DNA from: Azolla caroliniana
Lineage: Eukaryota > Plantae > Polypodiophyta
NCBI GenBank assembly: GCA_043228905.1
Contig: JBHGNT010000012.1
Coordinates: forward strand, 18,848,001 to 18,912,000
Reading direction: 5' to 3'
Length of the DNA: 64,000 nt
Below the pieces are notes generated by a model. The model saw nothing but the letters and a program-made list of their open reading frames with translations. It was not told where the DNA came from and ran no database searches. This document shows positions 25,025 to 36,786 of this stretch, piece after piece. A program made the translations under genes and the position numbers. Every line of letters starts with the position of its first letter. Within the stretch, counting starts at the first letter, position 1.

Positions 25025-27985
25025 TTTCGTGAAGAATTTCGGCTAGAGGCGGAAACCGGGGAATATTGGCTACATCGGCGGAGTGCACCATGTGCACTCA
25101 CCCTCGTGTAATTGTGTGAATAATAGGAGTTAAGTTGGGACGAAGAATCCCATGTAAATTGGGATTTATCCCACATTGTAACGCATCCCTCTCCTTGTTC
25201 TATAAAAGGAAGGGATGGTCCCTTCTAGAGGGGTTGCCCATTTTTGAGTCGGAAGGGTATACCGTTTTGTGTTTCTTTCTAGGGTTAGCTACATTCTTTC
25301 TTTTCTTCGTTTCTTTCCTGCTCCTTCTCGAGGAGTCGAGTTGTAGCTATGGCAGCAAACTGTTAGGTTAGTTCTCTTCTTCTGTGCATAGCCGGCTCGG
25401 GCTGTGGTTGTGTTCTGGAGGATTGCTTCAGCTCGGCCTCCTGTGCAAGACCCCGCTCGGCACGACAAGCCCATGAGCTCCCCGATCGGCGGCTTGGCAG
25501 CAGACCGCTGTTGTAACCTACCTTGGCCCGGCTCGAAGCCGGGGATGTATTCTTTCCCTTGTAATATATATACATTTGCGTTTGTTTGTGCATATTCGTG
25601 TCTCTGTTGGGGGTCGGGTGCTTTCCCTTCCCTGCGTTCCCTATACATGAGGGCGTGAGTCGGGTCTCTATTGGTGTGCGTGTGTGTGTCTTAGTGTTTC
25701 TTTCTTGCTTATGTACATGTTCGTGCGAGAGTCAATGTTGCGTGCCTGCTCTCTCTCTCTCCCTTCGGTTGCTTCCGGTGTGCGATCGATGGCGACAGGA
25801 GAACGGGACCCGGCAATCCAGAGAATGACGGACGGACCCGGACGAGAACCGGGCGGAGCGGACTTCCGGAAAAACCATTCCGGGAGGGAGGAAGAGAGCA
25901 GGCCTACGAAGAGGCCGAGAACACGGTACGTTGGTACCACAGGAGAGGGTGTGGAGCGAGCCACCCTCTCGACTTGCGTAAGAAGGAAGACCTGGGATAA
26001 GGGTCAAGGATACGATGAGCCCAAGGAGGATCCTTCACACCGGATCTAGAGACTTTGGCAGTCGGCAACGCGGTCGACGTAAGACCAAGATACTGACGGT
26101 GGCGGCGAAGGGACAAGGGCGGAAACAACAAGCAGAGAAACGGAGTCCGGTCCTATGGGACCCTCACACCAATCCGGAGACTCTGACAGTTCGGCCAACG
26201 TGGCAACGTGAGACCTAGGGAGAAGGACGGTGGCGGCAGGGAACGAGACCCGTCGACACGAGATAGCAGATCGGGAGTTGGTAGGACGGGGCGGACGAAG
26301 TGCGAAACCCTTACCGGCCAATTACGGTTTCAGAAGAGGCCGGTAGGGGCAAACACGGGGAGGTGTGTCGGACCGAAAAGGCACACCTGGGTCGGCACAA
26401 AAGTCTCGCAAGTGGCCATCGTGGGCCGGATCGAAGCGTGACTACGGGATGGTGTTCGGCACGGGCGGTGCCGGAAGCAAGAGGGACCTTCCACACCCAT
26501 TCTAGAGACCTCGGCGGTAGCGGATCAACGTGAGACCGGAGAGACGGCGGGTGGCGGCGAGGAGTCGGAGGCCGAAGCGGACAAATTTATCAGAACGGGT
26601 ATTCGGTATGAGATGATGGACGAGCGGGTCCAGGATGGCGAGCCTGATTCGGAACGGGCTACGGAGACAAAGGAAGAAGTGGCCGACGTGGAGGTCGAGT
26701 CTACGGCGAATAAAGGGCGTAACACAAAGCATGCATTACGGTCGGTGAAGGGCCCAAGAACGAGCATGCATCCGAGAGAGCTACAACGAGTGACTGGCAA
26801 CGGTGGACCAGTCGAGCCTTTGAGAGGCAAGCATACAGCGAAGAGCGCAACATGAATGCGGCTGAACTAGGGCCAACGAAAGTACGCGTGCTACGGAGAT
26901 CGCGGCGAAGGACCCATCGACGGGTTGAACGAGCCTACGGGGAGGTAAGCGCGAAGGAAGAACCGAAGCCGACGGTTCAAACCGGCAGCGACCCGGGATG
27001 CGGACTACGGAAGACCGGTTCCTCACCAGTCGAAATCTCTTACCCTTCACCGGATTTGGCATGTACCGGTGGACGTGCGGTTTGGTGGGGGCGGATGTCG
27101 TGAAGAATTTCGGCCAGAGGTGGAAACCGGGGAATATTGGCTACATCGGCGGAGTGCACCATGTGCACTCACCCTCGTGTAATTGTGTGAATAATAGGAG
27201 TTAAGTCGGGACGAAGAATCCCATGTAAATTGGGATTTATCCCACATTGTAACACATCCCTCTCCTTGTTCTATAGAAGGAAGGGATGGTCCCTTCTAGA
27301 GGGGTTGCCCATTTTTCAGTCGGAAGGGTATACCGTTTTGTGTTTCTTTCTAGGGTTAGCTACATTCTTTCTTTTCTTCGTTTCTTTCCTGCTCCTTCTC
27401 GAGGAGTCGAGTTGTAGCTATGGCAGCAAACTGTTAGGTTAGTTCTCTTCTTCTGTGCGTAGCCGGCTCGGGCCGTGGTTGTGTTTTGGAGGATTGCTTC
27501 AGCTCGGCCTCCTGTGCAAGACCCCGCTCGGCATGACAAGCCCATGAGCTCCCCGATCGGCGACTTGGCAGCAAACCGCTGCTGTAACCTACCTTGGCCC
27601 GGCTCGAAGCCGGGGATGTATTCTTTCCCTTGTAATATATATACACTTGCGTCTGTCTGTGCATATTTGTGTCTCTATTGGGGGTCAGGTGCTTTCCCTT
27701 CCCTGCGTTCCCTTCCCTGCGTTCCCTATACATGAGGGCGTGAGTCGGGTCTCTATTGGTGTGCGTGTGTGTGTCTTAGTGTTTCTTTCTTGCTTATGTA
27801 CATGTTCGTGCGAGAGTCAATGTTGGATGCCTGCTCTCTCTGTCTCTCTCTCCCTTCGGTTGCTTCCGGTGTGCTCCTGGGGTGCCCCGGAAAAGGTGAA
27901 GCACGACTTCCTATGCTCTGTCACTCCCTAGTCCAAGACCCCCGTGGTCCCGCCTTTCTCCACGCACGCGCGAAACTTTGCGACA
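25025..27985 (+). mobile_element. Non-autonomous LTR element of the TGTCGTGAAG family inside copy B pol
   Basis: Direct repeats 25025-25783 (3'-truncated) and 27096-27985; PPT TGGTGGGGGCGGA; 1.3-kb internal region with no recognisable domain; CCGT on both flanks. Confidence 0.88.
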
Positions 27986-30900
27986 CCGTAACATGCAGCT
28001 ATTTAGCGTATTTGACCTAGGAAGCGATTAAGGGCATTGTCATTAGTTAGAGTCTTTGCTTCAATGATCGCCGTGATTTTTTTTGGATCCACCGCTATCC
28101 CTTCCTTGCTTACGATGTGTCGGAGAAGTGCCCCATTGGTGACGCCGAATGCACATTTGGCCGGATTAAGGCTAAGGCGTGACGTATGACTCCAAACAAA
28201 CTCGGAGATGGCCCAAATGTTCGCCTCGTGTTCCATATACTGCGAAATCGTCGAGAAAGACTTACATAAAGGCGGGTATGTACTCCCCAAAAATCTCCGT
28301 AATTGTTCGCTGGAAAGTGGCATGCATTGTCTTTAGCCCAAACATCATGACCACGACGACAGAAACACCCCACTCCATGATGAACGCCATCTTCTCCTGG
28401 TCATCAGGGTGCATGCGTACCTGATTGTATCCACTAAAACCATCTAGAAAACTATACATGTCATGGCCCGCGATCGCGTCTAGTACACTATCGGTGAAGG
28501 GTAAGGGGAACACGTCCGTTATCGTTACGACGTTAAGCTTACGATAATCCACACAAACGCGGATTTTACCATTTTTCTTTGGTACCACGACTATCGGGCT
28601 CAGCTACGTGGCCTGCTTCACTGGTCGGATAAACCCTGCTTTTAGAAGTTTGTCAATCTCTTCTTTTACGTGAACCGCGTAATTCGGGTTCATCTGATAG
28701 CGACGTTGCTGCACCAGTTTCGCGTCGGTGGACAAGTTGATCTTATGTTGATAGAATTTTGGATCCAACCCCTGCATGTCCTCATGTGACCATGCAAAAA
28801 CATCCTTATATTCCTTGAGTAGTTTGATCATTGTCGTCTTCTCACTTGGAACCAAGTCCTTCCCAATTGAGACTAGTCGAGATTCCGCCGTGGTTTCGAT
28901 ATTGACTTCTTCTAATGCCGAAGTGGTGCCTCTCCGCAAGATTTCCATTTCTCTTTGGAACGTTGTGCGTGTTCTGCTTAACTCTATTAGTGACTTTGGG
29001 TTTGGTTCGTATTCAGCTTTCGGAAGCGTATTAGGTGGGGCGTATTCCGCAACGGTTTCTATTACGTCAATTTCAAATAATGGAACGATCGCGGGTGGTC
29101 CTCTAGGTACGCCTCAAGATCTGTATCATCTACCCCTTCCAACATATTTATATCTTCTGTGTATAATGGCGTTATGCCCTTGGTTAGCGTTGCCGTTTCC
29201 TGAGTGGGCACGCGAACTTTGCTTCGGCCTCGACGGAAGCTGATACAATTATGCTGCCAATTCTATTTGATGTTGGTTGAGCGTAGCCAAGGTCTACCGA
29301 GCAATATTGGGTATGCACCTAGAGCGTCTAGGATAAGCACTACCGCAGAGATGTCGAAGCGATGGCCGCCAATGACAATGCCCAATTTTCGAATTAACCC
29401 TAGGGGTGTGACAGAGCGGGTGTCCACCATGCGGAACCAAAAAAGGGAGGCTCCTCATCCTGTAATTCCTAGTCGTGCGCATGTATGCGTACTGATGACA
29501 TTAACACCGGATCCCCCATCAATGATACATCCTGAGATTTCCTGTCCTTGCAGTACCAACTTAATGGCTGGATTGTGATGATCTACAACTGTTGGGCCAG
29601 TACTAGACTCCGCAAAATTTGCTGAGACATCTAATCCGGCGGTGCCCCTTAAGTGATTTTCCACGACCTGCCGGAATCGTGGCACCAATCAGAGAAGCTT
29701 TTCCATGGTCATTGTTATCTCACAGTCCACCAATGCTTGCCATATGGGATCCGGTGAGGATGTATTTTCTTCCATTGGCAAACTGTAGTTTGCGGACTCG
29801 TGCTTCATACGCTCCGCGTTTGCCGCATTTGCTTTTTCTACCCAGGCCTGGGTTGCCTTGCGTATCTCATCTTGTTCTGCCCAATCTGCATTCTTTGCCT
29901 ATTGCCGTGTTGTGACTTGTTGGACTTCTACCATGATGGTATTCAGAACTACCTCATTTCTTTTTCGACGTGGGCACTGCGTTGCGTAATGACCGGGCTG
30001 TTGACACACGAAATAGAGTACGATGGACTCGCCTCTTTCCACTCTGGAGGTGTATTAGTTTCCGTTGGTACTGCTTGTTCGTCCCGATTATGATGGAGTC
30101 ACCTATTATTCTGGGATTTTTGATGGTATTCTTGTCGTGGCTCTTGACGACGGTCGTCCTCTGAACTTTCGTCATAACGACGTTGGTCCTTATGCTATCG
30201 ATTGTGTCCGTTTGGACAGCCCCCGTTGAATCCTCGACGATTGTTTGTAGGTCGTCGATTATCGTAACGACGCCCCCCCGATTGTAATGGTTGGTACTTC
30301 GATATTCTTCCTCTTCCTGCTCTTCTTCGTAAGAGTACGGGTCGTTGTTACGGTTTTTACGATACTGGAGCTCCATTCGCTGATTCTGGTCTGTATACCG
30401 GGGACGTTCCTCCTACCGTCCTGAATCATTCCTTCGAGATTGTTGATGTGGCTCCATACGTCGTACTACGGGTGTGGGCCTGTTGAGCATATTATACTCG
30501 CATTGGTCCACCGTGTGTGCCCGTGAATGGCAAATTGGGCAATGTAGTCCCATGTTACATTTGACCGCTGAATGTCCAGAGTTTAAACAGACCGTACACT
30601 GAATGGCTTGGCAAAATCGATGTTCCTCGTCCTGAGGCAATGCCTACCATAACGATGCCATGGACAGTCCCTCATCTTCTTCCTCTAATTCGAGCTGTAA
30701 TGCTCGCTCGATGACCATGTCGACTGTTCAACATCATCCGGAGAGGCCATCTTAGAGCTAGCAAGAACGTTTCCTTGGCCTCTCCATCTGTCGGGGCCCG
30801 TGTAAGGTTCCGCCGTAGACTCTTGAAATGTAGACTGAAATCCACTATGGATTCTGTGGGAAGTTGCTTGATGGTATAGAATTGCCCGATTATTTCACGT

Positions 30901-31479
30901 TGTGGCACCCTCCGATGAAAATAACGCAAGAACACCGATTGCAACTGGTCGAAGGTTGTGATTGCTGCCAAATCCATCTGGGAATGCCAGCACGTAGCCC
31001 GACCGTCCAAAGTTAACCCAAATTCTGCGATCTTCGAAGCGTGAGCTTCTGCGTCTGATATCCGCTGCACTAGATGATTAGCATTCCAAACATTGAGAAA
31101 TATCCGGATGTGGCTAGTAGCGTCTGTTTCTCCGTTGAAGCGGGGGTATGAGAAAGTCATTCCGGACGTTGTGTTGACAATCGACATGGGAAGACTCCTG
31201 CTTTCGCAATGTGGACTTATTGTGGCATTTAATTGCACTACCTTGGTCGTGTGGTGACAGGGCTTCGTGGTTGACATCGCGTTGCTCTGTGAGCGTGGAG
31301 TCTACTCTGTACTCCTGAAAGGAGCAATTGTGGTCGTTGAGGCGAGGTTTTCGAGTAGCATGTTCTTCTGTCTGGCAAGTGATAAACCTCGTCAGTGGTC
31401 GGTCTTGTCAGGTCGGTTCTTTGGCTCCTCTACAGTTAGTCATCCAAACCTTGTTGCTCATTTGTGTTGAACCACAAAT

Positions 31480-31494
31480 CCACCGGGCGTGCCA
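31480..31494 (-). promoter_or_regulatory. Primer-binding site of copy B (tRNA-Arg type)
   Basis: TGGCACGCCCGGTGG begins 4 nt after the 5' LTR on the minus strand. The tRNA-Arg assignment is recalled from plant non-chromovirus PBSs and not verified. Confidence 0.8.
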
Positions 31495-31967
31495 AAAGTG
31501 TTACCGATTAGGAACACTGTCTACTCTCAGTCCTTCGAGGTAGACTTCAAGGTGATTGTGGTGCAAGGAATAGATCTGTAGGTGCGCAAAGAGGAACAAG
31601 CTTACAAAGTAACGCATATCGTCTGGAGTTGAAGGGAGACGACTACAACCGAATCTCACCAGTGCGTGATTTCATATACACACTTATCCTATGCTTACTA
31701 GCCCACAGTTACCAACAGAGTACTACACCGAATCAGTAGATGACTTAACACAGACACGGGAATAAGAGAAGAAAGTACTGTATTACAAAAGGTAGCTCCC
31801 TAATTAAACACTAGCTCTTTACAGAGGATTTCTGTCCTTTATATACACAGGGATTTTAGTCCGTTATGCTCCTAGCGTGAACCGTTACATGCGTTTCTTT
31901 AACGCTTCTAATAATATATTCTATTCGTCTAAGCATTAGGTCCGGCGGACAACACTGGTAGACATTA

Positions 31968-32475
31968 GCTCCCAGGGCCTTCGTGAAGATGTCGGCCGTC
32001 TGCAAATTCGTGTTGATGTGTTGCAGGTCGACATCAGCTGGCCAAGATGTGTTCTCAGATGAAGTGATTGTGAACCTTGATGTGCTTCGTCCGAGCTTGA
32101 AAAACCGAATTCCGAGCTAGATAAATATTGTTCATGTTGTCGAAGTATTGGAGGATTGGATCTTTGATGGAGATGTCCAGATCCTTCATAATCCTCTTTG
32201 ATGCCATGGTTGCACCCTTGTATTCTGCCTTTGTGCTTGATCGTGCCACTGTTGGCAACTTCTTATTGATCCAAGATATAGCTCCGCTACCAAGTGAGAA
32301 GACGAATCTAGAGGTTGATCGTCAGGCAACTTTGTAGCTGGCCTAGTCGACATCTATGTACCCTTTGAGTCGAATTGCCCCTTTGAGTCGAATTGGTGTG
32401 GCCAATTTGGAGAGGATGTCCTAATCCATCGTTCCACTTACATACTTTAGTACTCGCTTAACATAGTCTAGATGC
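31968..32475 (-). pseudogene. Old copia RT/RNase H fragment (host of copy B)
   Basis: SSTKAEY, ARTKHIKVHNHFI and ADIFTKAL motifs. Confidence 0.8.
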
Positions 32476-35400
32476 AACAGACTTCTTCAACCTCGACTGC
32501 CACAATACGGCTCCCCCTGCATATGTCATGATATATCCGGATGTAGACCGACTGGTATCCACATTAGCCGACATATCTGAATCCGTGAATCCTTCAAGTT
32601 GGGGTTTTCTTTAGCTGAATCGGAGGCACATACTCGAGGTGCCTTTCAAGTACCAGAGTATCCACTTGACCGTTGTCCAGTGTTTTCTTCCCGGATTGCT
32701 CATGAACCGGCTGACCACTCCGATAGCATATCCGATATCCGGTCGGGTACACAGCATTGCGTACATCAAGCTTCTGATGGCAAAGGCGTATGGTATCTTC
32801 ATCATCTCCGACTTCTCTGCCTTTGTCTTTGGACTCTGCTTTCCAGACAACTTGAAGTTTGCCGGAAGTGTTGACCTGACCGGCTTAGCATCCAACATGT
32901 TGAACCTCTAAAGCACCTTTGTCACGTACTTTTCCTGTGACAGCCACAACTACTTCTTCGACTAGTCCTGGATTATGTGCATCCCCAAAATATGTCTCGC
33001 TGGACCCATATCTTTCATTGAGAATGATTGACTCAGGTCCTTCTTCAACATTTTGATTTTGGTACGGTCTCGACTGATGATCAACATGTCGTCCTCATAC
33101 AACAGTAGTATCAGGAAGTCTCCTCCGGTGAACTTCTTCACAAATACGCAATGGTCGGCCTGCGTCTTGTGGTATCCTTGGTCGGTCATGAAGGAGTCGA
33201 ACTTCCAGTACCATTGCCGGGGAGCTCGCTTCAGTCCGTATAAGCTCTTCTTCAAGCAGCATACCAGGTGCTCCTTCCCTTTCTTGACAAATCCCTCCGG
33301 TTGTTGCATGTAGATCTCTTCTTCGAGATCACCATGTAGGAAAGCCTTCTTGACGTGTAGTTGCTCTACCTCGAGGTCCATGGTCGCTGTGATGCTCAAC
33401 GTCGTCCGGATGGATGTCATCTTGACTACTGGGGCGAAGATCTCGTCGAAATCCACTCCTTTCTTCTATTGAAACCCCTTCACCATGATTCGAGCTTTGT
33501 ATCTCGGTGGATTTCCGACATCTCCCAGTTTCAACTTGTACACCCACTTGTTCCGGAGTGCTCTCTTTCCTTTCGGCAGCTCCTTCATCTCATACGTATG
33601 GTTCTCATGCAGGAAATCCATCTCATCCTGCATGGCACTTAACCACTTGCGGCTGTGGGTGTCTTTCTTTGCTTCTTCGAAGCTTTCTGGCTCCCCCTCG
33701 TCAGTCAGCAACACATGCTCTGCATGCGGAAATCTCTGAGGGGTCCTTCTCTCTCTTAGAGGATATCTCTCTCCTTGGTTTCCGACTATCGGTTCCTCCG
33801 TCTGTTCTTTATCCGAATCCGATTCGGGGACTTGTCCGGTTCCGGTGTCCAAATCTTCTTCTTCAGTCAGTTTGGTTTCCGGTCCGACTCCGGCCAGTTC
33901 TTCGAGTGTCATCCGATTTCCGGCCAGATGGGTCCTTGTATCTTCTGACCGATCTCTATCGGTCAACCCGGAGTTCGCTATCGTCTTCTCTGACTCCCAC
34001 ATGGTTGTTTACATACCCGTATTTAACGTTTAAATACGTATAGTACCTCATAATTTGTATAGTACGTACTATACCTGAATGTTGTTTAGTCAAATATCAT
34101 ACATACATTTGTCCAATACGGTATTTAACATACATTTGAAAAAACAGGTATAATACGTATTTATAAAAAAATGTATGTAAAACCCCAACAAAAAGCACAA
34201 GAAAAAAAAAGGTTTTAGTGAAAAAGAAGCAAAAAGAAGAATAGAAAAGATGACGAAGAAGAAGAAGAAGAAGAAGAGAGAAAAGAAGACAAAAACTTGT
34301 CCTAACTCTAAGTGTGATAATCACAGAAGATAGAAGAAGAAGAAGATAGAAAAGAAGACAGAAACATATCCTAAGTGTGATAATTGTAGATGATTCCTCA
34401 ATCTATGAAAGCATAATCGTAAATAATTACAATTTGAAGTAGAACATGATACACACTTACACTGATTTATAGAATAAGTGAATGTCGACATACATATTAT
34501 AAGTATTTTAGGATGTGAAATGTTCAAATGTCTTACATGGATTTTAGGATGTAGAACTATAATGTACATCACAAAATTGTGTAAACATAGATGCTTTTTA
34601 CAATATTTCAAATATTTCTTAGAAAGATAAATAATTTTCAAATTGTAGAAGTATTTAACATACTATACGTAAAATACGTATTTATAAGTATTTAACATAT
34701 TTTAAAATGTATTTAACGTATTTTTAAATTGGGAGTTACTATATGCGTATTAATACGTTATATACGTATAGTATCCGTACCGTATCTAACGTACCTATCA
34801 ACCTTGGACTCCCAGTCGGCAATGGTCTTGTCTTCCATGAAGACTATGTCACAACTCTGGAAAACCTTCTTGTCGACAAAGTCCCATACTCGATATCTAA
34901 ACTCATCATTGTTGTATCCAAGGAATATGCATGACCAGGACTTAGGATCCAACTTTGCTCTCTTGTCCATTGGAACATGCACGTAAGCAAGACAACCGAA
35001 CACCTTCAGATGCCGATAAGACGTGTCTTTACCGGTTCATACTTTCTGTGGTGTGTCTCCATCCAAGGGTGTTGAGGGTGCCTCAGCCCAAAACATCTTG
35101 GACAACTTAGCATGTGCCAGCATGCTTTGGGCTCTCTCCATCATAGTCTGCTTCATCCGTTCGGCCAATCCGTTCATCTCCGGTGTCTTCGACACGATGA
35201 AATCGAGTCAGATTCCCTTCGACCGACAGTACTCCTCGAACTGCCCCCGGTATTCTCCTCTATTGTCCGCTCGAATTGCCTTTAGCTTCTGACCGATTTC
35301 TCTTTCCTCTCTTGTGTGGAACTCCTTGAAGACAGATAGTACCTGATCCTTCATCTTCAGCGGTGAGACCCACAACTTCTGGTTATGGTCATCTATGAAT

Positions 35401-36786
35401 GTCACGAAGTATTGCGATCCGGCATGTGACTTCATGTCCATCGGTGCATTTCATCTCATCTGTGGTCTTGTCCGGAAAGAGGTTTGGTTCTGCTTACCGG
35501 CCAAGCAATCAGTGCACTTCTCAAGCTGCATGTCTTTCACCTCCGAATTGAGGTTATATTTGGCAAGTCTTCTCATCCCTTTCTGGCTCATGTGACACAA
35601 ATGTTTGTGCCACAACTCACGGGCATTGTTGAATGCCACGTTCACTACTTCCTGGCAAATCCAGGCATGCATGAGGTACAATGTGTTGATCTTTCGGGCT
35701 CGAGCCACGATCAGGCGCCCTTTGCTAAACTTTATGACCCCATTCCGGATGCTACCCGTGCAACCTTCATCATCTAGCTGACCGACTGATATAAGGTTCA
35801 ACCGAACCTCCAGAACATGTTGGACATCCTTCAACTACAACTTGCACCCGGTTGATGTCAGCAACCATGCATCTCCTATGCCGACAATTCGGCATGCACC
35901 TTCATTCCCCATCCGGAACAATCGTGGTCTCCAGCCTTGTACGATGAGAAGCATTTCCGGTTGGGGGTCAGATGGAACGACGCTCCGGAGTCGACCACCC
36001 ATGTCGTTTCATCGCTGACAAGGTGTAGCTCGCTATCTTCGGTGATAAGCAACAATTCTTCTTTGCTTGTTACGATTGTCAACGTTCCTCTTCTCTCCGA
36101 AATTTTCTTCAATTCCGGACCGTCGGTTCCCCCTTTGGCTTTCCGGAAGTGTCGACAATTCTTTTGGAAGTGCCCCGGCTTTCCGAAATAAAAGCATAGT
36201 GGGCCTCCCCCTTGACTTCGACCTTGTCCCCGACTTTTCCCGGTTTTGGGGACTCCGATTCCGGCCTCTTCTGCAGTTATGCTCGTCTTTCGTAACCAAG
36301 GCCTTCAGATCGGTTCCAGAATCCCAGTCCTTCCGGCAAGCTTCTTCATCCAGAAAGCTTGATTTTACCCTTGCTAGGGACAACTGTTTTCCTTCTGGCC
36401 CAACTTTGCCCAAAGTGACAATAAGCATCTCCCAACTATCCAGGAGGGAACCGAGTAGCAGCAACGCGAGTATCTCCTCGACTAGAGGTACTTCCAACGA
36501 GGTTATCTGATTTATCAGCCCCTAGAATGCATTCATGTGCTCTACCATGTTAGATCTGTCTTGGTACCGAAGTCTCACTAACTTTTGGAATACCGAACCC
36601 CAATTTACGACGTTCTTAGTCTCTAGCATGGTGCCGACTTTCTCCCATAGCACATGAGCCTTACTTTCTTCATTGAAGTTGTTGTACGGGCTCATGTCAA
36701 TGAAGCACCGGATGTATGTCGTCGTCTTCATGTGTATCACCTCCCAAATTGTGGCATCGATCTTGTCCGGTTTCTAGTCCCCGAAC
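32476..36786 (-). mobile_element. Degenerate Tnt1-like copia internal region (gag to RT)
   Basis: ORF fragments collinear with the 13768-17809 polyprotein (VVDSGAS, WHKHLCH, FAPVVKMTS, YEDDML). Cut by a MITE and a chromovirus. Confidence 0.9.
34000..34806. mobile_element. Non-autonomous hAT-type DNA transposon (MITE)
   Basis: 8-bp TSD GACTCCCA (33992-33999, 34807-34814); imperfect TIRs CATGGTTG/CAACCTTG; AT-rich non-coding interior with subterminal TACGTA motifs. Confidence 0.85.

Larger units (their letters stand above)
13077..31954 (-). mobile_element. Ty3/gypsy non-chromovirus, copy B: full length but degenerate, with four nested insertions
   Basis: LTRs at 31499-31954 and 13077-13101 + 18502-18922; PBS 31480-31494; gag ~30000-31277 with CCHC knuckles; PR IIDGGSGVNV; RT ~28000-28950; RNase H/INT ~22600-25020; extra ORF 18970-22270; TSD GCTCC at 13072-13076 and 31968-31972. 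Confidence 0.92.
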
